Source of the DNA: Bdellovibrionales bacterium
Lineage (GTDB): Bacteria; Bdellovibrionota; Bdellovibrionia; Bdellovibrionales; JAMPXM01
Assembly: GCA_043746635.1 (NCBI GenBank)
Contig: JAYTQQ010000129.1
Location: 1 to 55,796 of the forward strand
Direction of reading: 5' to 3'
Length of the DNA: 55,796 nucleotides
Position 1 is the first letter of the stretch. The number at the start of each line of letters is the position of its first letter. Shown here piece by piece: positions 45,648-55,796 of the stretch. Both the position numbers and the translations under genes were made by a program. The notes under the pieces are model-generated. The model worked only from the letters and a program-made list of their open reading frames with translations. It was not told the DNA's origin and did not search any database.

Positions 45648-45652
45648 ATTTT

Positions 45653-47251
45653 ATGCAAGTACTCGAATCACAAATTCAAACCCAATCGTCAGAGTTCGCA
45701 AACAATTCAGAAGCGATGCGAGCGCTCGTGAACGAATGGCGTAAACGTGTCGGGGTCGTCAAAGAGGGCGGCGGAGTTGAACTCTCGGCGAAACATCGCT
45801 CGCGCGGAAAGCTAACCGCACGTGATCGGATCGAGCGCTTATTAGATCCTTCAACTTCGTTTTTAGAGTTCAGCACGCTCGCGGCCTTTGATCTCTACGA
45901 AGGAGCCGCGCCAGGTGCTGGCATCGTCACGGGCATCGGCGTCGTGAGTGGCGTGACTTGCGTGATCGTAGCAAACGACGCCACCGTCAAAGGCGGAACT
46001 TACTTTCCGACGACGGTGAAAAAACATTTGCGCGCGCAAGAAGTAGCACTCGAAAATGGTTTGCCCTGCATTTACCTTGTTGACAGCGGCGGTGCATTTT
46101 TACCAATGCAAGATCAAGTATTTCCGGATCGAGATCATTTCGGTCGAATTTTTTATAATCAAGCCCGCATGTCGGCTCTCGGGATTGCGCAGATTGCGGT
46201 CGTCATGGGAAGTTGCACTGCGGGCGGAGCTTACGTCCCAGCAATGAGCGACGAGAATGTCATCGTTCGCGGCAATGGCACGATCTTTTTGGGTGGTCCG
46301 CCGCTCGTAAAGGCGGCGACCGGCGAAATCGTCAGTGCGCAAGATCTTGGTGGGGCCGAAGTGCATTCTTCTGTCAGCGGCGTGACCGATCACATTGCCG
46401 AAGACGATGAGCATGCTCTGTCGATCACTCGCGATATTATTTCAAACTTAAATCAACGCCGTTTTTCTCCTTTTGAAATTCGGGCATCTCGAGAACCACT
46501 CTTGCCGGCTGAAGAAATTTACGGAGTTGTTCCTCTAGATGCCCGTACTCCTTACGACGTTAGAGAAATCATTTCTCGCGTCGTTGACGCTTCTGAATTT
46601 CATGAATTTAAAGCAACCTACGGAACCACATTGGTGACTGGCTTTGCCCACATCTTCGGAATGCCCGTCGGAATCATCGCCAACAACGGGGTGCTCTTTA
46701 GCGAGAGCGCCCTTAAGGCTGCACACTTTATTCAGCTCTGCGAAAAACGTCGTACTCCCATCGTGTTTTTACAAAATATTACGGGATTCATGGTGGGCCG
46801 CAAATACGAAAATGAAGGCATCGCGAAACACGGTGCAAAGATGGTGATGGCTGTGAGCAACGCCACCGTGCCAAAGTTTACCGTCGTGATTGGCGGCTCT
46901 TACGGCGCCGGCAATTACGGAATGTGCGGCAGAGCCTTTCAGCCTCGCCAACTTTGGATGTGGCCGAACGCCCGCATTTCTGTCATGGGCGGAGAACAAG
47001 CCGCGAATGTTTTGCTCACGGTCAAGATGGATCAAGGCGGCGGAAAAATGTCGACAGCCGAACAAGCAGCTTTCAAAGCTCCGATCCTCGAAAAATATGA
47101 ACGAGAGAGTTCGGCGTACTATTCAACCGCACGCATTTGGGATGACGGTATCATTGATCCAAAAGATACGCGACAAGTTTTAGCCTTAGGAATTCGCGCG
47201 AGCCTTCATCAAAAATGGGAGCCTTCACGTCAAGGCGTTTTCAGAATGTAG
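45653..47251 (+). CDS. liuB: 3-methylcrotonyl-CoA carboxylase carboxyltransferase (beta) subunit
   Basis: [34 protein letters not shown] and WDDGIIDP motifs; sits in a leucine catabolism cluster. Confidence 0.94.
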   Translation: MQVLESQIQTQSSEFANNSEAMRALVNEWRKRVGVVKEGGGVELSAKHRSRGKLTARDRIERLLDPSTSFLEFSTLAAFDLYEGAAPGAGIVTGIGVVSGVTCVIVANDATVKGGTYFPTTVKKHLRAQEVALENGLPCIYLVDSGGAFLPMQDQVFPDRDHFGRIFYNQARMSALGIAQIAVVMGSCTAGGAYVPAMSDENVIVRGNGTIFLGGPPLVKAATGEIVSAQDLGGAEVHSSVSGVTDHIAEDDEHALSITRDIISNLNQRRFSPFEIRASREPLLPAEEIYGVVPLDARTPYDVREIISRVVDASEFHEFKATYGTTLVTGFAHIFGMPVGIIANNGVLFSESALKAAHFIQLCEKRRTPIVFLQNITGFMVGRKYENEGIAKHGAKMVMAVSNATVPKFTVVIGGSYGAGNYGMCGRAFQPRQLWMWPNARISVMGGEQAANVLLTVKMDQGGGKMSTAEQAAFKAPILEKYERESSAYYSTARIWDDGIIDPKDTRQVLALGIRASLHQKWEPSRQGVFRM

Positions 47252-47260
47252 AGGATTCTC

Positions 47261-48061
47261 ATGGGTTTTAAGTTTGTTCAGTTCTCACATCAAAATCATG
47301 TCGCGCATCTGGTTCTGAGTAGACCCGATGTCCGCAATGCTTTTAATTCTGAAATGATTTCTGAGATCGATGAAATTTTTCGAATTCAGCTCCCTCTGCT
47401 TTCTGATTTGCGCGCGGTGGTCTTATCAGGAGCGGGCGCAAGCTTCAGCGCAGGTGGAGATCTTGAATGGATGAAGTCAATGGCTTCGTTCACGATCGAG
47501 CAAAATCATTCGGATGCTCGCAGTCTGTTTTCGATGTTTGCCGCAATGAAAACCTGCGAAGTTCCTCTCGTGGGATACGTTCATGGTCACGCAATGGGCG
47601 GCGGCGTTGGCCTCGCAGCAGTTTGCGATATCGTAGCTTGCGAAAAAGCGACGGAGTTTGCTCTGAGCGAAGTTCGTCTCGGAATTGCCCCTGCCGTGAT
47701 TGCTCCTTTTGTGTTAGAAAAAATGTCTTTGTCTTCGGCTCGACGCTTTATGCTCACCGGTGACAAATTTTCTGCGTCCGAGGCACTGTCTGCGGGCCTC
47801 GTAAATTTTATAGGTACTAAAGCAGATTGCGACGCCTACATCGAATCCATTTTAAAATCTCTCTTTGATTCTGGTCCACTCGCGGTCCGAGCCGTAAAAA
47901 AACATTTAAATTTTTGTCTATATGAAAAAGATCTTGAGAAGCTAGAGGCCGAGTGCACGAGTCTTATCGCGCGTCTGCGAACGAGTCCCGAAGGACAAGA
48001 GGGTCTGCAGGCCTTCTTAAATAAATCGAAAGCTTCGTTTAAGCTTGGGCCCGGCAAATGA
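47261..48061 (+). CDS. liuC: Methylglutaconyl-CoA hydratase (crotonase family)
   Basis: RNAFN, FSAGGDLEWM, GGGVGL and LSEVRLG motifs; cluster context. Confidence 0.88.
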   Translation: MGFKFVQFSHQNHVAHLVLSRPDVRNAFNSEMISEIDEIFRIQLPLLSDLRAVVLSGAGASFSAGGDLEWMKSMASFTIEQNHSDARSLFSMFAAMKTCEVPLVGYVHGHAMGGGVGLAAVCDIVACEKATEFALSEVRLGIAPAVIAPFVLEKMSLSSARRFMLTGDKFSASEALSAGLVNFIGTKADCDAYIESILKSLFDSGPLAVRAVKKHLNFCLYEKDLEKLEAECTSLIARLRTSPEGQEGLQAFLNKSKASFKLGPGK

Positions 48062-49527
48062 AAAAGATAACGAAACTCGCCATCGCCAATCGTGGAGAAG
48101 TCGCCGTTCGCATCATTCACGCCTGTAACGAGCTTGGCATCAAGACGGTCTTACTTCATTCAGAGCCCGACGTAGCAACCATCGCCTACCGTATGAGCGA
48201 TGAAAATGTCTGCATAGGGCCCGCGAAAGTTTCAGAAAGCTATTTGAATATCGAAGCGAATATTCGAAGCGCAAAATCTGTTGGTGCCGACGCGATTCAT
48301 CCCGGTTTTGGATTCTTATCTGAGAACGCCGACTTTGCAGAAGCATGCGTCGCTGCCGGGCTCATCTTCGTTGGGCCTCGTGCCGAGAGTATTCGACTTT
48401 TGGGAGATAAAATTTCTGCGAAGAAACTTATTTCCGAAGCGGGAGTGCCATTTGTTCCTGGCTATATGGGCGATGATCAAAGCGTTGCGACTCTTATTTT
48501 AGAAGCGAAGAAAATTGGTTTTCCGGTGATTGTAAAAGCCGCAGCAGGCGGCGGCGGGCGCGGAATGAAAATTTTACGAACCGAAGCCGAAGCTCTCGAG
48601 CTGATTCCGTCGGCGCAACGTGAGGCTCTCGGTGCGTTTGGTTCTGAAATTGTTTTTTTAGAAAAGTATCTCGATCACGCGAAGCACATCGAATTTCAAA
48701 TCTTCGGAGATTACAAAGGCGGATGCGTTCACCTCTTCGAACGTGAGTGCACCGTTCAACGTCGTCACCAAAAAATTATTGAAGAAGCTCAGTCGCCACT
48801 GCTCACAGATGGTTTGCGAATGCAAATGGCGAAGGCCGCAGTGACCCTTGCTCAAAAAGCAAATTACGAAGGCGCAGGCACCGTCGAATTTCTTGTTCAA
48901 GATGGCAAATTTTATTTTCTCGAAATGAATACGCGTTTGCAGGTTGAACATCCCGTGACCGAGCTCCTTCTCGGAATCGACCTCGTGAAGGCGCAAATTT
49001 TGAACGCCGCCCAAAATTTCGTTTTATGGAAGCAAGAAGACCTCGTTCCTCGAGGGCACGTGATCGAAGCCCGTATCTACGCCGAAAATCCATTTGAAAA
49101 CGGAATCCCCTCGGTCGGAAAAATTGGAGCGCTTTATTTTGCCGAAGCTCCAGGACGACGTTTCGAAATTGGCTTTGAAGCTGGTGATTCGGTCACTCCT
49201 TTTTACGATTCAATGATCGCGAAAATGATCGTTTGGGATGAGACGCGTGAACGCGCCACTCAAAAATTGCTCGCAACACTCGATGAAAGTTTTGTGTTTG
49301 GTATCCACGTGAATTTCGAATACCTTAAGGCGATTCTTACTCATCCTGATTTTGTCAGCGGCAAAATGACGACACAGTTTATTCCAAAATATTTTCCGAA
49401 TGGTCTGACTGCAGCTGAACTTTCACCTGATGAACGTGCATTTGCAGAACATGCTCTAAAAAATATGACCGGCCGTGTTTCTGGCAGCTCCTCAAACCCT
49501 TGGAACTTCAGCTGGAGAGTCGTATGA
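48058..49527 (+). CDS. liuD: 3-methylcrotonyl-CoA carboxylase alpha subunit, biotin carboxylase domain only
   Basis: IANRGE, HPGFGFLSEN, GGGGRGM, EMNTRLQVEHPVTE and YDSMIAK motifs; no biotinyl domain. Confidence 0.9.
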   Translation: MKKITKLAIANRGEVAVRIIHACNELGIKTVLLHSEPDVATIAYRMSDENVCIGPAKVSESYLNIEANIRSAKSVGADAIHPGFGFLSENADFAEACVAAGLIFVGPRAESIRLLGDKISAKKLISEAGVPFVPGYMGDDQSVATLILEAKKIGFPVIVKAAAGGGGRGMKILRTEAEALELIPSAQREALGAFGSEIVFLEKYLDHAKHIEFQIFGDYKGGCVHLFERECTVQRRHQKIIEEAQSPLLTDGLRMQMAKAAVTLAQKANYEGAGTVEFLVQDGKFYFLEMNTRLQVEHPVTELLLGIDLVKAQILNAAQNFVLWKQEDLVPRGHVIEARIYAENPFENGIPSVGKIGALYFAEAPGRRFEIGFEAGDSVTPFYDSMIAKMIVWDETRERATQKLLATLDESFVFGIHVNFEYLKAILTHPDFVSGKMTTQFIPKYFPNGLTAAELSPDERAFAEHALKNMTGRVSGSSSNPWNFSWRVV

Positions 49528-49895
49528 AAAAATTAACTTTCGAAATCGACGGACGAATGCTTTCTGGATTTGCAAAAAACATCGACGATAGCTTGTGGGT
49601 TCATTTCGGCGGAAAAACTTTCTGCCATCCTTATCAGACCCAACGTAAAGATTCTCGCAAGACTTCAGTCAAATCCGGAAATATCACCGCGCCTATGCCG
49701 GGCAAGATTACCAAAATTTTAGTGAAGGTCGGTGATTCTGTCGAAGAGAATCAAAGCATCATCGTGATGGAAGCCATGAAAATGGAATACTCTCTCAAAG
49801 CCCAAGTCGCCGGCATCGTAAAAGAAATTAATTATGCGACCGAAAGCCAAGTCACTCTTGGCGCGACACTTGCGGTCATCGAGAAAGTTACATGA
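49524..49895 (+). CDS. Biotin carboxyl carrier subunit (separate BCCP of MCC)
   Basis: APMPG and EAMKM biotinylation motif; GGAG SD and ATGA overlap at 49524. Confidence 0.9.
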   Translation: MKKLTFEIDGRMLSGFAKNIDDSLWVHFGGKTFCHPYQTQRKDSRKTSVKSGNITAPMPGKITKILVKVGDSVEENQSIIVMEAMKMEYSLKAQVAGIVKEINYATESQVTLGATLAVIEKVT

Positions 49896-50830
49896 AAAAA
49901 AAGAATTTTTCTAAAAAGGTTTCGATTGTCGACGTTGGCCCCCGCGACGGACTCCAAAATGAAAAGAAATCAATTAGTCTTGATGCTCGTTTTCAATTTA
50001 TCAAACTTCTCGCCGAAGCCGGGGTGAAGCGTATTGAATCCGGCGCTTTTGTATCGAGCAAATGGGTTCCGCAAATGTCGGGCTCAGAAGAGCTCTGCGA
50101 GCGAATCTACGAGGCGCAACGCAAAGGTGTCCTTCCAAAAAATTTGGTGTGGCCCTGTCTGGTTCCGAACGAACGCGGCATGGAAGTAGCCTTGAAATCC
50201 CACGTCAAAGAAATCGCGATTTTCGCTTCTGCCAGCGAGACTTTTTCGAAACGAAATATTAATTGCACCATCGCCGAGAGTCTCGACCGCTATGCCCGCG
50301 TGATCACGATGGCGAAGAAAAATAAAATTCGGGTGCGGGCCTACTTGAGTATGTGTTTTGGTTGTCCTTTCGAAGGTGAAATTTCAGAAGCCGTCGTCGT
50401 TCGTCTCGTGAAAAAACTTATCTCGATGGGTGCCTACGAAGTTTCGATTGGTGACACCATCGGGGTTGCAAATCCCGAACAAGTTCGTCGTCTCGTTACA
50501 AAATTAATTGCCGCGGTCGGTGAAGGACCTCTCGCGATGCACTTTCACGATACGAGAGGCACAGCTCTCGCAAATATATTAGCGTCATTGAATCTTGGTA
50601 TCCGTACATTTGACTCAAGCCTGGGTGGTCTCGGCGGGTGCCCTTATGCTCCGAGTGCAACGGGCAATGTCGCAACCGAGGACGTCATCTACATGCTTCA
50701 CGGCATGGGTTTTGAGACGGGCGTTGATCTCACCAAACTCATTGCCATTAACAAAGTGATGGCGAAAGAGCTAAGGCACGAACTTCCGTCACTCGTTGGC
50801 AAAGCTGGCCTTCCGAAGCTGATTCCTTAA
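49892..50830 (+). CDS. liuE: Hydroxymethylglutaryl-CoA lyase
   Basis: VGPRDGLQNE, FVSSKWVPQM, HFHDT and GGCPYAP motifs. Confidence 0.95.
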   Translation: MKKKNFSKKVSIVDVGPRDGLQNEKKSISLDARFQFIKLLAEAGVKRIESGAFVSSKWVPQMSGSEELCERIYEAQRKGVLPKNLVWPCLVPNERGMEVALKSHVKEIAIFASASETFSKRNINCTIAESLDRYARVITMAKKNKIRVRAYLSMCFGCPFEGEISEAVVVRLVKKLISMGAYEVSIGDTIGVANPEQVRRLVTKLIAAVGEGPLAMHFHDTRGTALANILASLNLGIRTFDSSLGGLGGCPYAPSATGNVATEDVIYMLHGMGFETGVDLTKLIAINKVMAKELRHELPSLVGKAGLPKLIP

Positions 50831-50837
50831 TTTCCTG

Positions 50838-50863
50838 GCGTTCATATTTGCGTTCATATTTGC
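50838..50863. repeat. 12-bp tandem duplication GCGTTCATATTT x2 (+GC)
   Basis: Seen directly just after the liuE stop. Confidence 0.8.
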
Positions 50864-51004
50864 CAATTCTTGTTAATTTAATTGTGAAAAGCGACTATTC
50901 ACGCCTGATCAACCATCCAGCTCCGCTTCGCTTCGATTCTACCTAGGCACCTAACCTGCATTAAAATCCCGAGTCACTCCATACTTCGGAGTCAGGAAGA
51001 ACCT

Positions 51005-52450
51005 ATGATCAGAGTCTTCGAACGCTTATTCGAAATGTCGAAGTTTCGCCTCGCTCTAGCGTTGTGGACTTGCGTCTCTATCGCTGTTCTCATTTTCTTC
51101 GCGAACCGTTCTTTCAAACCAGAATTATCGGCTCCAGCCGAACTCGTTTCTGGAACGAACCTTACGCGACTCACCACCGAAGATATCGTACGCCTCAGGT
51201 TACGGTGGCCTTTCGTCATTCGTGATCTGCGAGAGGTCGAAGGTCTTTTTCAGGCTCTCGGTGCGAATCATACTTTTCATCCGATTGATTTAAAACTTTC
51301 GTCAAAAAATCCGCTCGAGTTCAAAATAGATCCGGATTCAATTGTCATTGGAATCTCCTACGCCTTAGCACCAGGACAACTCGCACACGCGCTTTTACAA
51401 AACTGGTTCATTCAAAATAAGCCCGTAAGAAATTATTCGGACCGTCTACAACAAATTCTTTACGCCGATATTTTTTGGGCTGCCGCACATGGTTCTTTTG
51501 AATTAGGTCTTCCGAGCACGGACTATCCAATCGCACTTTCAAAAGATGAAATCGAGAGTTCCAATCTTCAGGATATTTTATTTCACGTCTCTTCAAGCGA
51601 TAGAATTTTTGCTTCAGATTGGGCCCCACAAGAAATGCGCATTTTAAATACCACCCAAGCTATTACGTTACGTGATCGCACAATTAATCCTTTGAGCCTT
51701 CGTAAGTTTTTACTCGCACAAATTTTAAAATCAGAAAGTCATTTCGGCATTGTTGCCCGAATTGATTTTCTGAAAAAAATTGCCCTGAAAACGTCTGCCT
51801 CTTATCACTCGTCTTTTGAGCAATTGGATTTCAGTAGCCTCAGCGCATACGTAAACCAAATTTTTACCGATCTCGAAATCGCAACTCGCGTGAATCAGAA
51901 ATTATTTTCAGTCGACGCACTTTTTAATTCGGACGAATCGATTCGGACGGCTGTCCCTTTTTCAATTAGTTACATTCTACAAAATAAAGATGGCTTCACC
52001 CTTTTTCCTGGAAACATCATCATTCGTTCAGATGAAGTGAAGGCGTTTTCGATCCATACCTTGATTTTTGCAGTTAAGAAGATCGCGGATATTAAAAAAA
52101 TCGAATCGACTTCGGTGAAAGCAAAAAAGATCTTGGCAATCGAAAATCCACGACAAGAGTTGATTAATTTCGATTCTCTCAAAAGTGTCGACTACGATCG
52201 TTTTGCGAAGAGAAATAAAAAAATTCGATTCGCCCTTTTCGATCAAGAATCCCTCAGCTTTGCCGCCGAGAAAAATCTTGATCAGTCACTCGCAAAGTTA
52301 CTTGAATCTTCTGAGCCAAAACCACAGAGCCTCGCGGCAGCTTCTGAAACTCTCGGCGTGACGAGCGCCCATTGGGATGCGATCTCTCAAACTTACCGCG
52401 CGGCAGGAACGATTGAAGCTCTCCAAATTTGGCGTCCTACGATTCAGTAG
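51005..52450 (+). CDS. Membrane-anchored hypothetical protein
   Basis: 481-aa ORF with one N-terminal TM helix; no family recognised. Confidence 0.75.
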   Translation: MIRVFERLFEMSKFRLALALWTCVSIAVLIFFANRSFKPELSAPAELVSGTNLTRLTTEDIVRLRLRWPFVIRDLREVEGLFQALGANHTFHPIDLKLSSKNPLEFKIDPDSIVIGISYALAPGQLAHALLQNWFIQNKPVRNYSDRLQQILYADIFWAAAHGSFELGLPSTDYPIALSKDEIESSNLQDILFHVSSSDRIFASDWAPQEMRILNTTQAITLRDRTINPLSLRKFLLAQILKSESHFGIVARIDFLKKIALKTSASYHSSFEQLDFSSLSAYVNQIFTDLEIATRVNQKLFSVDALFNSDESIRTAVPFSISYILQNKDGFTLFPGNIIIRSDEVKAFSIHTLIFAVKKIADIKKIESTSVKAKKILAIENPRQELINFDSLKSVDYDRFAKRNKKIRFALFDQESLSFAAEKNLDQSLAKLLESSEPKPQSLAAASETLGVTSAHWDAISQTYRAAGTIEALQIWRPTIQ

Positions 52451-52486
52451 GCATCGAAGGATCATATTTAGCGAGCGATCCAAAAC

Positions 52487-53743
52487 CTAGCGAATTTGTC
52501 CAGAACCGTCTACGATCCAACGTGCGGTTGTGAGTTCACGCAAACCGACCGGACCACGAACATGAAGTTTCTGAGTCGAAATGCCGATTTCTCCGCCAAG
52601 GCCCATTTCGAATCCGTCTGTAAATCGAGTCGAGGCATTCCAGTAAACGACAGCAGCATCAACTTGATTCTGAAAGTGTCGCGCTGTCTTTTCATCTTGA
52701 GTGATGATTGCTTCTGAATGTTTGGATCCAAATTTCTCGATGTGAGTTAGAGCTTCATCGAGATCTTTGACGACTTTAAGATTCATTTTAAAATCGAGAT
52801 ATTCGGTATTAAAATTCTCATCGTTCGCGATTGATGCATTGAGATTACGCTTTTTAAGAATTTCGAGCGCCTTAGTGTCTGCGAAAAACTGCATTTCGAA
52901 AGAAGCCATAGACTGAATCAGCGCCGGCAAAAATTTTGCTGCGACTTTCTCGTGAACTAAAAGTGTTTCGAGCGAATTGCAAACACTTGGTCTTGAAGCT
53001 TTCGCATTCACCACAATTTTCTGAGCCATTTCAAGATCGGCATCTTCATGAACGTAAGTGTGACACAGGCCACGATCATTTTTGATGACTGGCATGAGCG
53101 ATTCGTTCTGGACGTGCTCGATCAGTTTTTCTCCGCCACGAGGCACGACAATGTCGATGTATTTTTTCTGTTTTAATAATTGATCGACGAGCTTTCGGTT
53201 GTAATCGGTCATTCCCCAGAAACTTTTTGCGTCAACATCACAAGCCTCGAGGGCTTTTTGAATAAGTGAGTAAATACCCGCGACGGATTTTTGGGATTCC
53301 TTTCCGCCGCGTAAGATAATCGCGTTGCCCGACTTAAATGCCATACTGAAAGCCTCGGTTGCGACATTGGGTCGCGATTCGAAAATCATAAAGATAACTC
53401 CGAGCGGAGCCCTCACACGCTTCATTTTGAGGCCATTTTTTAAAATTTTCTCTTCGACGAGTTCCCCAACCGGATCTTTGAGCTCGGCGACAGAATTGAG
53501 GCTCTCGGCCATGGCCTGAATCCGCTCTTTCGTAAGCGTCAGCCGATCAATGTACGCCGCTACTTGATGAGTATTTTCTTTAAGATCAAACGCGTTGGCC
53601 GCCAGAAGAGAAGCCGTTTGCTCAACTAAACTTTTCGCTAAATATCTTAGGACTTCATTTTTTTTATCAGCACTTAGCTGGCGCAATTGTACCCAAGATT
53701 TCTTTACGGCTTCAAGTTCACGAATGATCTCTTGAGAAATCAC
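52487..53743 (-). CDS. proA: Gamma-glutamyl phosphate reductase
   Basis: PLGVI..IFESRPNV, PSVCNSLE, NASTRFTDG and GISTQKLHVRGP motifs. GTG 53743 overlaps the proB stop. Confidence 0.96.
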   Translation of the reverse strand: MISQEIIRELEAVKKSWVQLRQLSADKKNEVLRYLAKSLVEQTASLLAANAFDLKENTHQVAAYIDRLTLTKERIQAMAESLNSVAELKDPVGELVEEKILKNGLKMKRVRAPLGVIFMIFESRPNVATEAFSMAFKSGNAIILRGGKESQKSVAGIYSLIQKALEACDVDAKSFWGMTDYNRKLVDQLLKQKKYIDIVVPRGGEKLIEHVQNESLMPVIKNDRGLCHTYVHEDADLEMAQKIVVNAKASRPSVCNSLETLLVHEKVAAKFLPALIQSMASFEMQFFADTKALEILKKRNLNASIANDENFNTEYLDFKMNLKVVKDLDEALTHIEKFGSKHSEAIITQDEKTARHFQNQVDAAVVYWNASTRFTDGFEMGLGGEIGISTQKLHVRGPVGLRELTTARWIVDGSGQIR

Positions 53744-54510
53744 TTTCGCTTCCCGAAACACGTACCGACATCGGCGCCAGCAGCGATTTGCAGTAAAACG
53801 TTATGAACATCTCCTCGCACGAGATGTATTTGCACCCGAGACTTTTGAGCTTGTTGGGCAGCCAATAACTTCGAATAAATGCCGCCGGTGCCTTTTGAGG
53901 AAGTTTTTGACGAGAAATGCTTTCTGAGATCTTGAGATGACACTTTCTCTTTTTGCGAAATAAGTTTTGCCGAGTGGTTCATCTTCGGATCCGAATCGAA
54001 AAGACCGTCAACGTCGGTGAGGAGAATTAAGTTCTGCGCTTTCATCATGACTGCGATTTGCGCAGACAGCGAATCGTTATCTCCAAACTGAATTTCTTCA
54101 GTCGCGACGGCATCGTTTTCGTTCAAAACCGGTACCGTCTCCCACTTCAGAAGTTGTCCTAGGGTATTTTGTAAATTCCGGCGGCGTGCCTTATCCTTCA
54201 TATCTCCGCCCGTAAGAAGCACTTGGGCTCCGAGAAGACCAACCCTGTGGAGCGCAAGATTGTATAGGTCCATCACGAGGGGCTGGCCAATCGCGCTGAG
54301 GGCTTGCTTTTGCGCGACGGTGCGTTTCTTTCCAGAGAAGTGTGTGCGCTCGGCCGCCGATGCGATGGCTCCTGACGTCACCCAAATCACGTCGATATCG
54401 TAACGCGCGCGAAGCTCAAGAATTTGCTTCATCCAAGATAAAATGAGGATCGGTCCGCCGTCGCAGACCATTTGACTTCCGGCTTTGATGATCCAGATTT
54501 TGCGAGCCAC
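53740..54510 (-). CDS. proB: Glutamate 5-kinase (short form, no PUA domain)
   Basis: IKAGS, VTSGAI, NENDAV, FGDND and GTGG..SK motifs. Confidence 0.94.
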   Translation of the reverse strand: MARKIWIIKAGSQMVCDGGPILILSWMKQILELRARYDIDVIWVTSGAIASAAERTHFSGKKRTVAQKQALSAIGQPLVMDLYNLALHRVGLLGAQVLLTGGDMKDKARRRNLQNTLGQLLKWETVPVLNENDAVATEEIQFGDNDSLSAQIAVMMKAQNLILLTDVDGLFDSDPKMNHSAKLISQKEKVSSQDLRKHFSSKTSSKGTGGIYSKLLAAQQAQKSRVQIHLVRGDVHNVLLQIAAGADVGTCFGKRK

Positions 54511-54511
54511 T

Positions 54512-55796
54512 TTATGTGCCGGCAGCTTTCATTTCGATCGTTTGTTCTTGAAAATCTTTTCCGTCGAAGCTGATGAGCTTTGGAACGTTATCAAGAACCG
54601 TTACGAGATTCACCGGCCGAGTCCAAATTTTTTGAAGGTTTTTCAAAGTCTCACGCATATAATCAGGCTGCATTTCGACGCCTTCGAATTTATGGGTCAT
54701 GAGAAGCTCGCCGCGATTTTCGAAGTTAGCGTCTTCAACTTGAATGACTGGCTGACCAAAGTTTGTCAGCTGAAACAACAGCTGTTTTTTGATCATCGAA
54801 AAATCACGCGTGTCGACTTCGTAGCGACCCGTACGTTTATTAAATTTGTAGACGAACATTTTATTTCGAACACAAAAGTCTTCGGTCAAAAATTCATCGA
54901 TGAAGGTAACGTCATTGTAGTTGCGACGAACTTCGAATATTTTATCGCGGCCCTGGTTAAGTTTTTTATCCCAATGCTTACGTTCTTGAACATCCTCGCA
55001 CTCGTTCCACTCTTTGCCGAAATGACCTTTGTTCCAACGATTTTCTATGTCGCGGTAAAGTTCGATTCCGACTTTGTAGGGATTGAATCCATTTGGGGCC
55101 ATCGCCATTGTACCCGAGTGAGCATCGGCAAAATCGACAACTTCACTGTCATTCATAATTTTTTGGGTCATCATTTTTGAATGCCAGTAAGATGCCCAAC
55201 CCTCGTTCATGATTTTGGTCATGCCTTGCGGAGCAAAATAGTAGGCTTCGGCACGAATAATCGAAAGCACGTCTTGTTGCCAAGATTTAAGAGGAGCCGT
55301 GTACATTAAAAATTGCAAAATATCGCGTTCAGGCTGAGCCGGAAATTTCGAAGCCTGAATCTCTTCTTGAACCATACGTTGCTTCTGTGATTTTACGAAA
55401 TCAGGCGGATTGATATATTCGTCCATGTATTCTCGATCGACCCTTAAGAGCGACACTTCTTTCTTCTGCTGGCCTGGTTTTTCGACGCTCGATTTTTTCT
55501 TATAGGGGCTGTAGCGATCGATGAGATTTTCAAGACTGAGGCAACAGTCGATGAATTCTTCGACTACTTCGATACCGTAACGATCGATGTAACGGCGAAT
55601 ACGGGTCGCGTGGTTAGCCATGACGTCCATCATTTTACGGTTCGTCGGCGCAAACCACTGGTTATTTTTAAAAAAATCGCAGTGGCCATAAACGTGTGCC
55701 ATCACGAGCTTCTGATCAACCATGCGGTTACCTTCCATGAGGTATGCATAGCAAGGGTCCGTGTTCACAACCATTTCGTAAATTTTAGAAAGCCCG
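54512..55796 (-). CDS. SpoVR/YcgB family protein, partial (5' end beyond the window)
   Basis: YEMVVNTDPCYAYL, AHVYGHCDFF, TKIMNEGWASYWH and NPYKVG motifs. Confidence 0.92.
   Translation of the reverse strand, partial: GLSKIYEMVVNTDPCYAYLMEGNRMVDQKLVMAHVYGHCDFFKNNQWFAPTNRKMMDVMANHATRIRRYIDRYGIEVVEEFIDCCLSLENLIDRYSPYKKKSSVEKPGQQKKEVSLLRVDREYMDEYINPPDFVKSQKQRMVQEEIQASKFPAQPERDILQFLMYTAPLKSWQQDVLSIIRAEAYYFAPQGMTKIMNEGWASYWHSKMMTQKIMNDSEVVDFADAHSGTMAMAPNGFNPYKVGIELYRDIENRWNKGHFGKEWNECEDVQERKHWDKKLNQGRDKIFEVRRNYNDVTFIDEFLTEDFCVRNKMFVYKFNKRTGRYEVDTRDFSMIKKQLLFQLTNFGQPVIQVEDANFENRGELLMTHKFEGVEMQPDYMRETLKNLQKIWTRPVNLVTVLDNVPKLISFDGKDFQEQTIEMKAAGT

Noticed and set aside
54485-55180. 231-aa plus-strand ORF
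   Set aside because: Antisense to spoVR with no motifs; typical codon-mirroring shadow.
1-55796. Mobile elements, prophage, defence or classical toxin-antitoxin genes
   Set aside because: No integrase, transposase, phage structural, nuclease or type II TA motifs recognised. The remaining short ORFs in the track are shadows of longer genes.

Overview
A gene-dense, mostly housekeeping chromosomal segment. Gene content and protein style point to a Bdellovibrionota-like bacterium (inference). In order it carries: a partial type I-beta DAHP synthase; menD-menH; ampG; def; a frameshifted FliG-C-like gene; a secreted-protein + REC-PilZ pair; ftsE-ftsX-envC-ctpA; a three-gene secreted zinc-metalloprotease cluster; an Rrf2-sufBCDS-nfuA operon; a degenerate GDPD; tolQRAB-glnE-cyclophilin; flbD-motA-motB; a PAP2 phosphatase; an NAD-dependent epimerase; a BMP/nucleoside ABC transporter; mtgA; a DUF6607-like gene; typA; a Dus synthase; an unannotated 37-aa membrane peptide; RNase P RNA; a trypsin-like lipoprotein; a methyltransferase; a leucine-catabolism (liu) cluster; proBA; and a partial spoVR. 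I found no CRISPR array, mobile element, prophage, tRNA/rRNA or defence island. The best novelty candidates are: (i) a secreted, apparently catalytically dead transglutaminase-like protein coupled to a pseudo-receiver/PilZ c-di-GMP receptor; (ii) a lipoprotein gluzincin protease with an inserted module and two partner genes; (iii) a sigma28-like promoter set that includes the hidden small protein; (iv) a recurring TCTCA-N3-TGAGA palindrome; (v) an RNase P RNA lacking P13/P14; and (vi) structured leader and intercistronic RNAs. All family calls are motif recognition by eye, not database searches.
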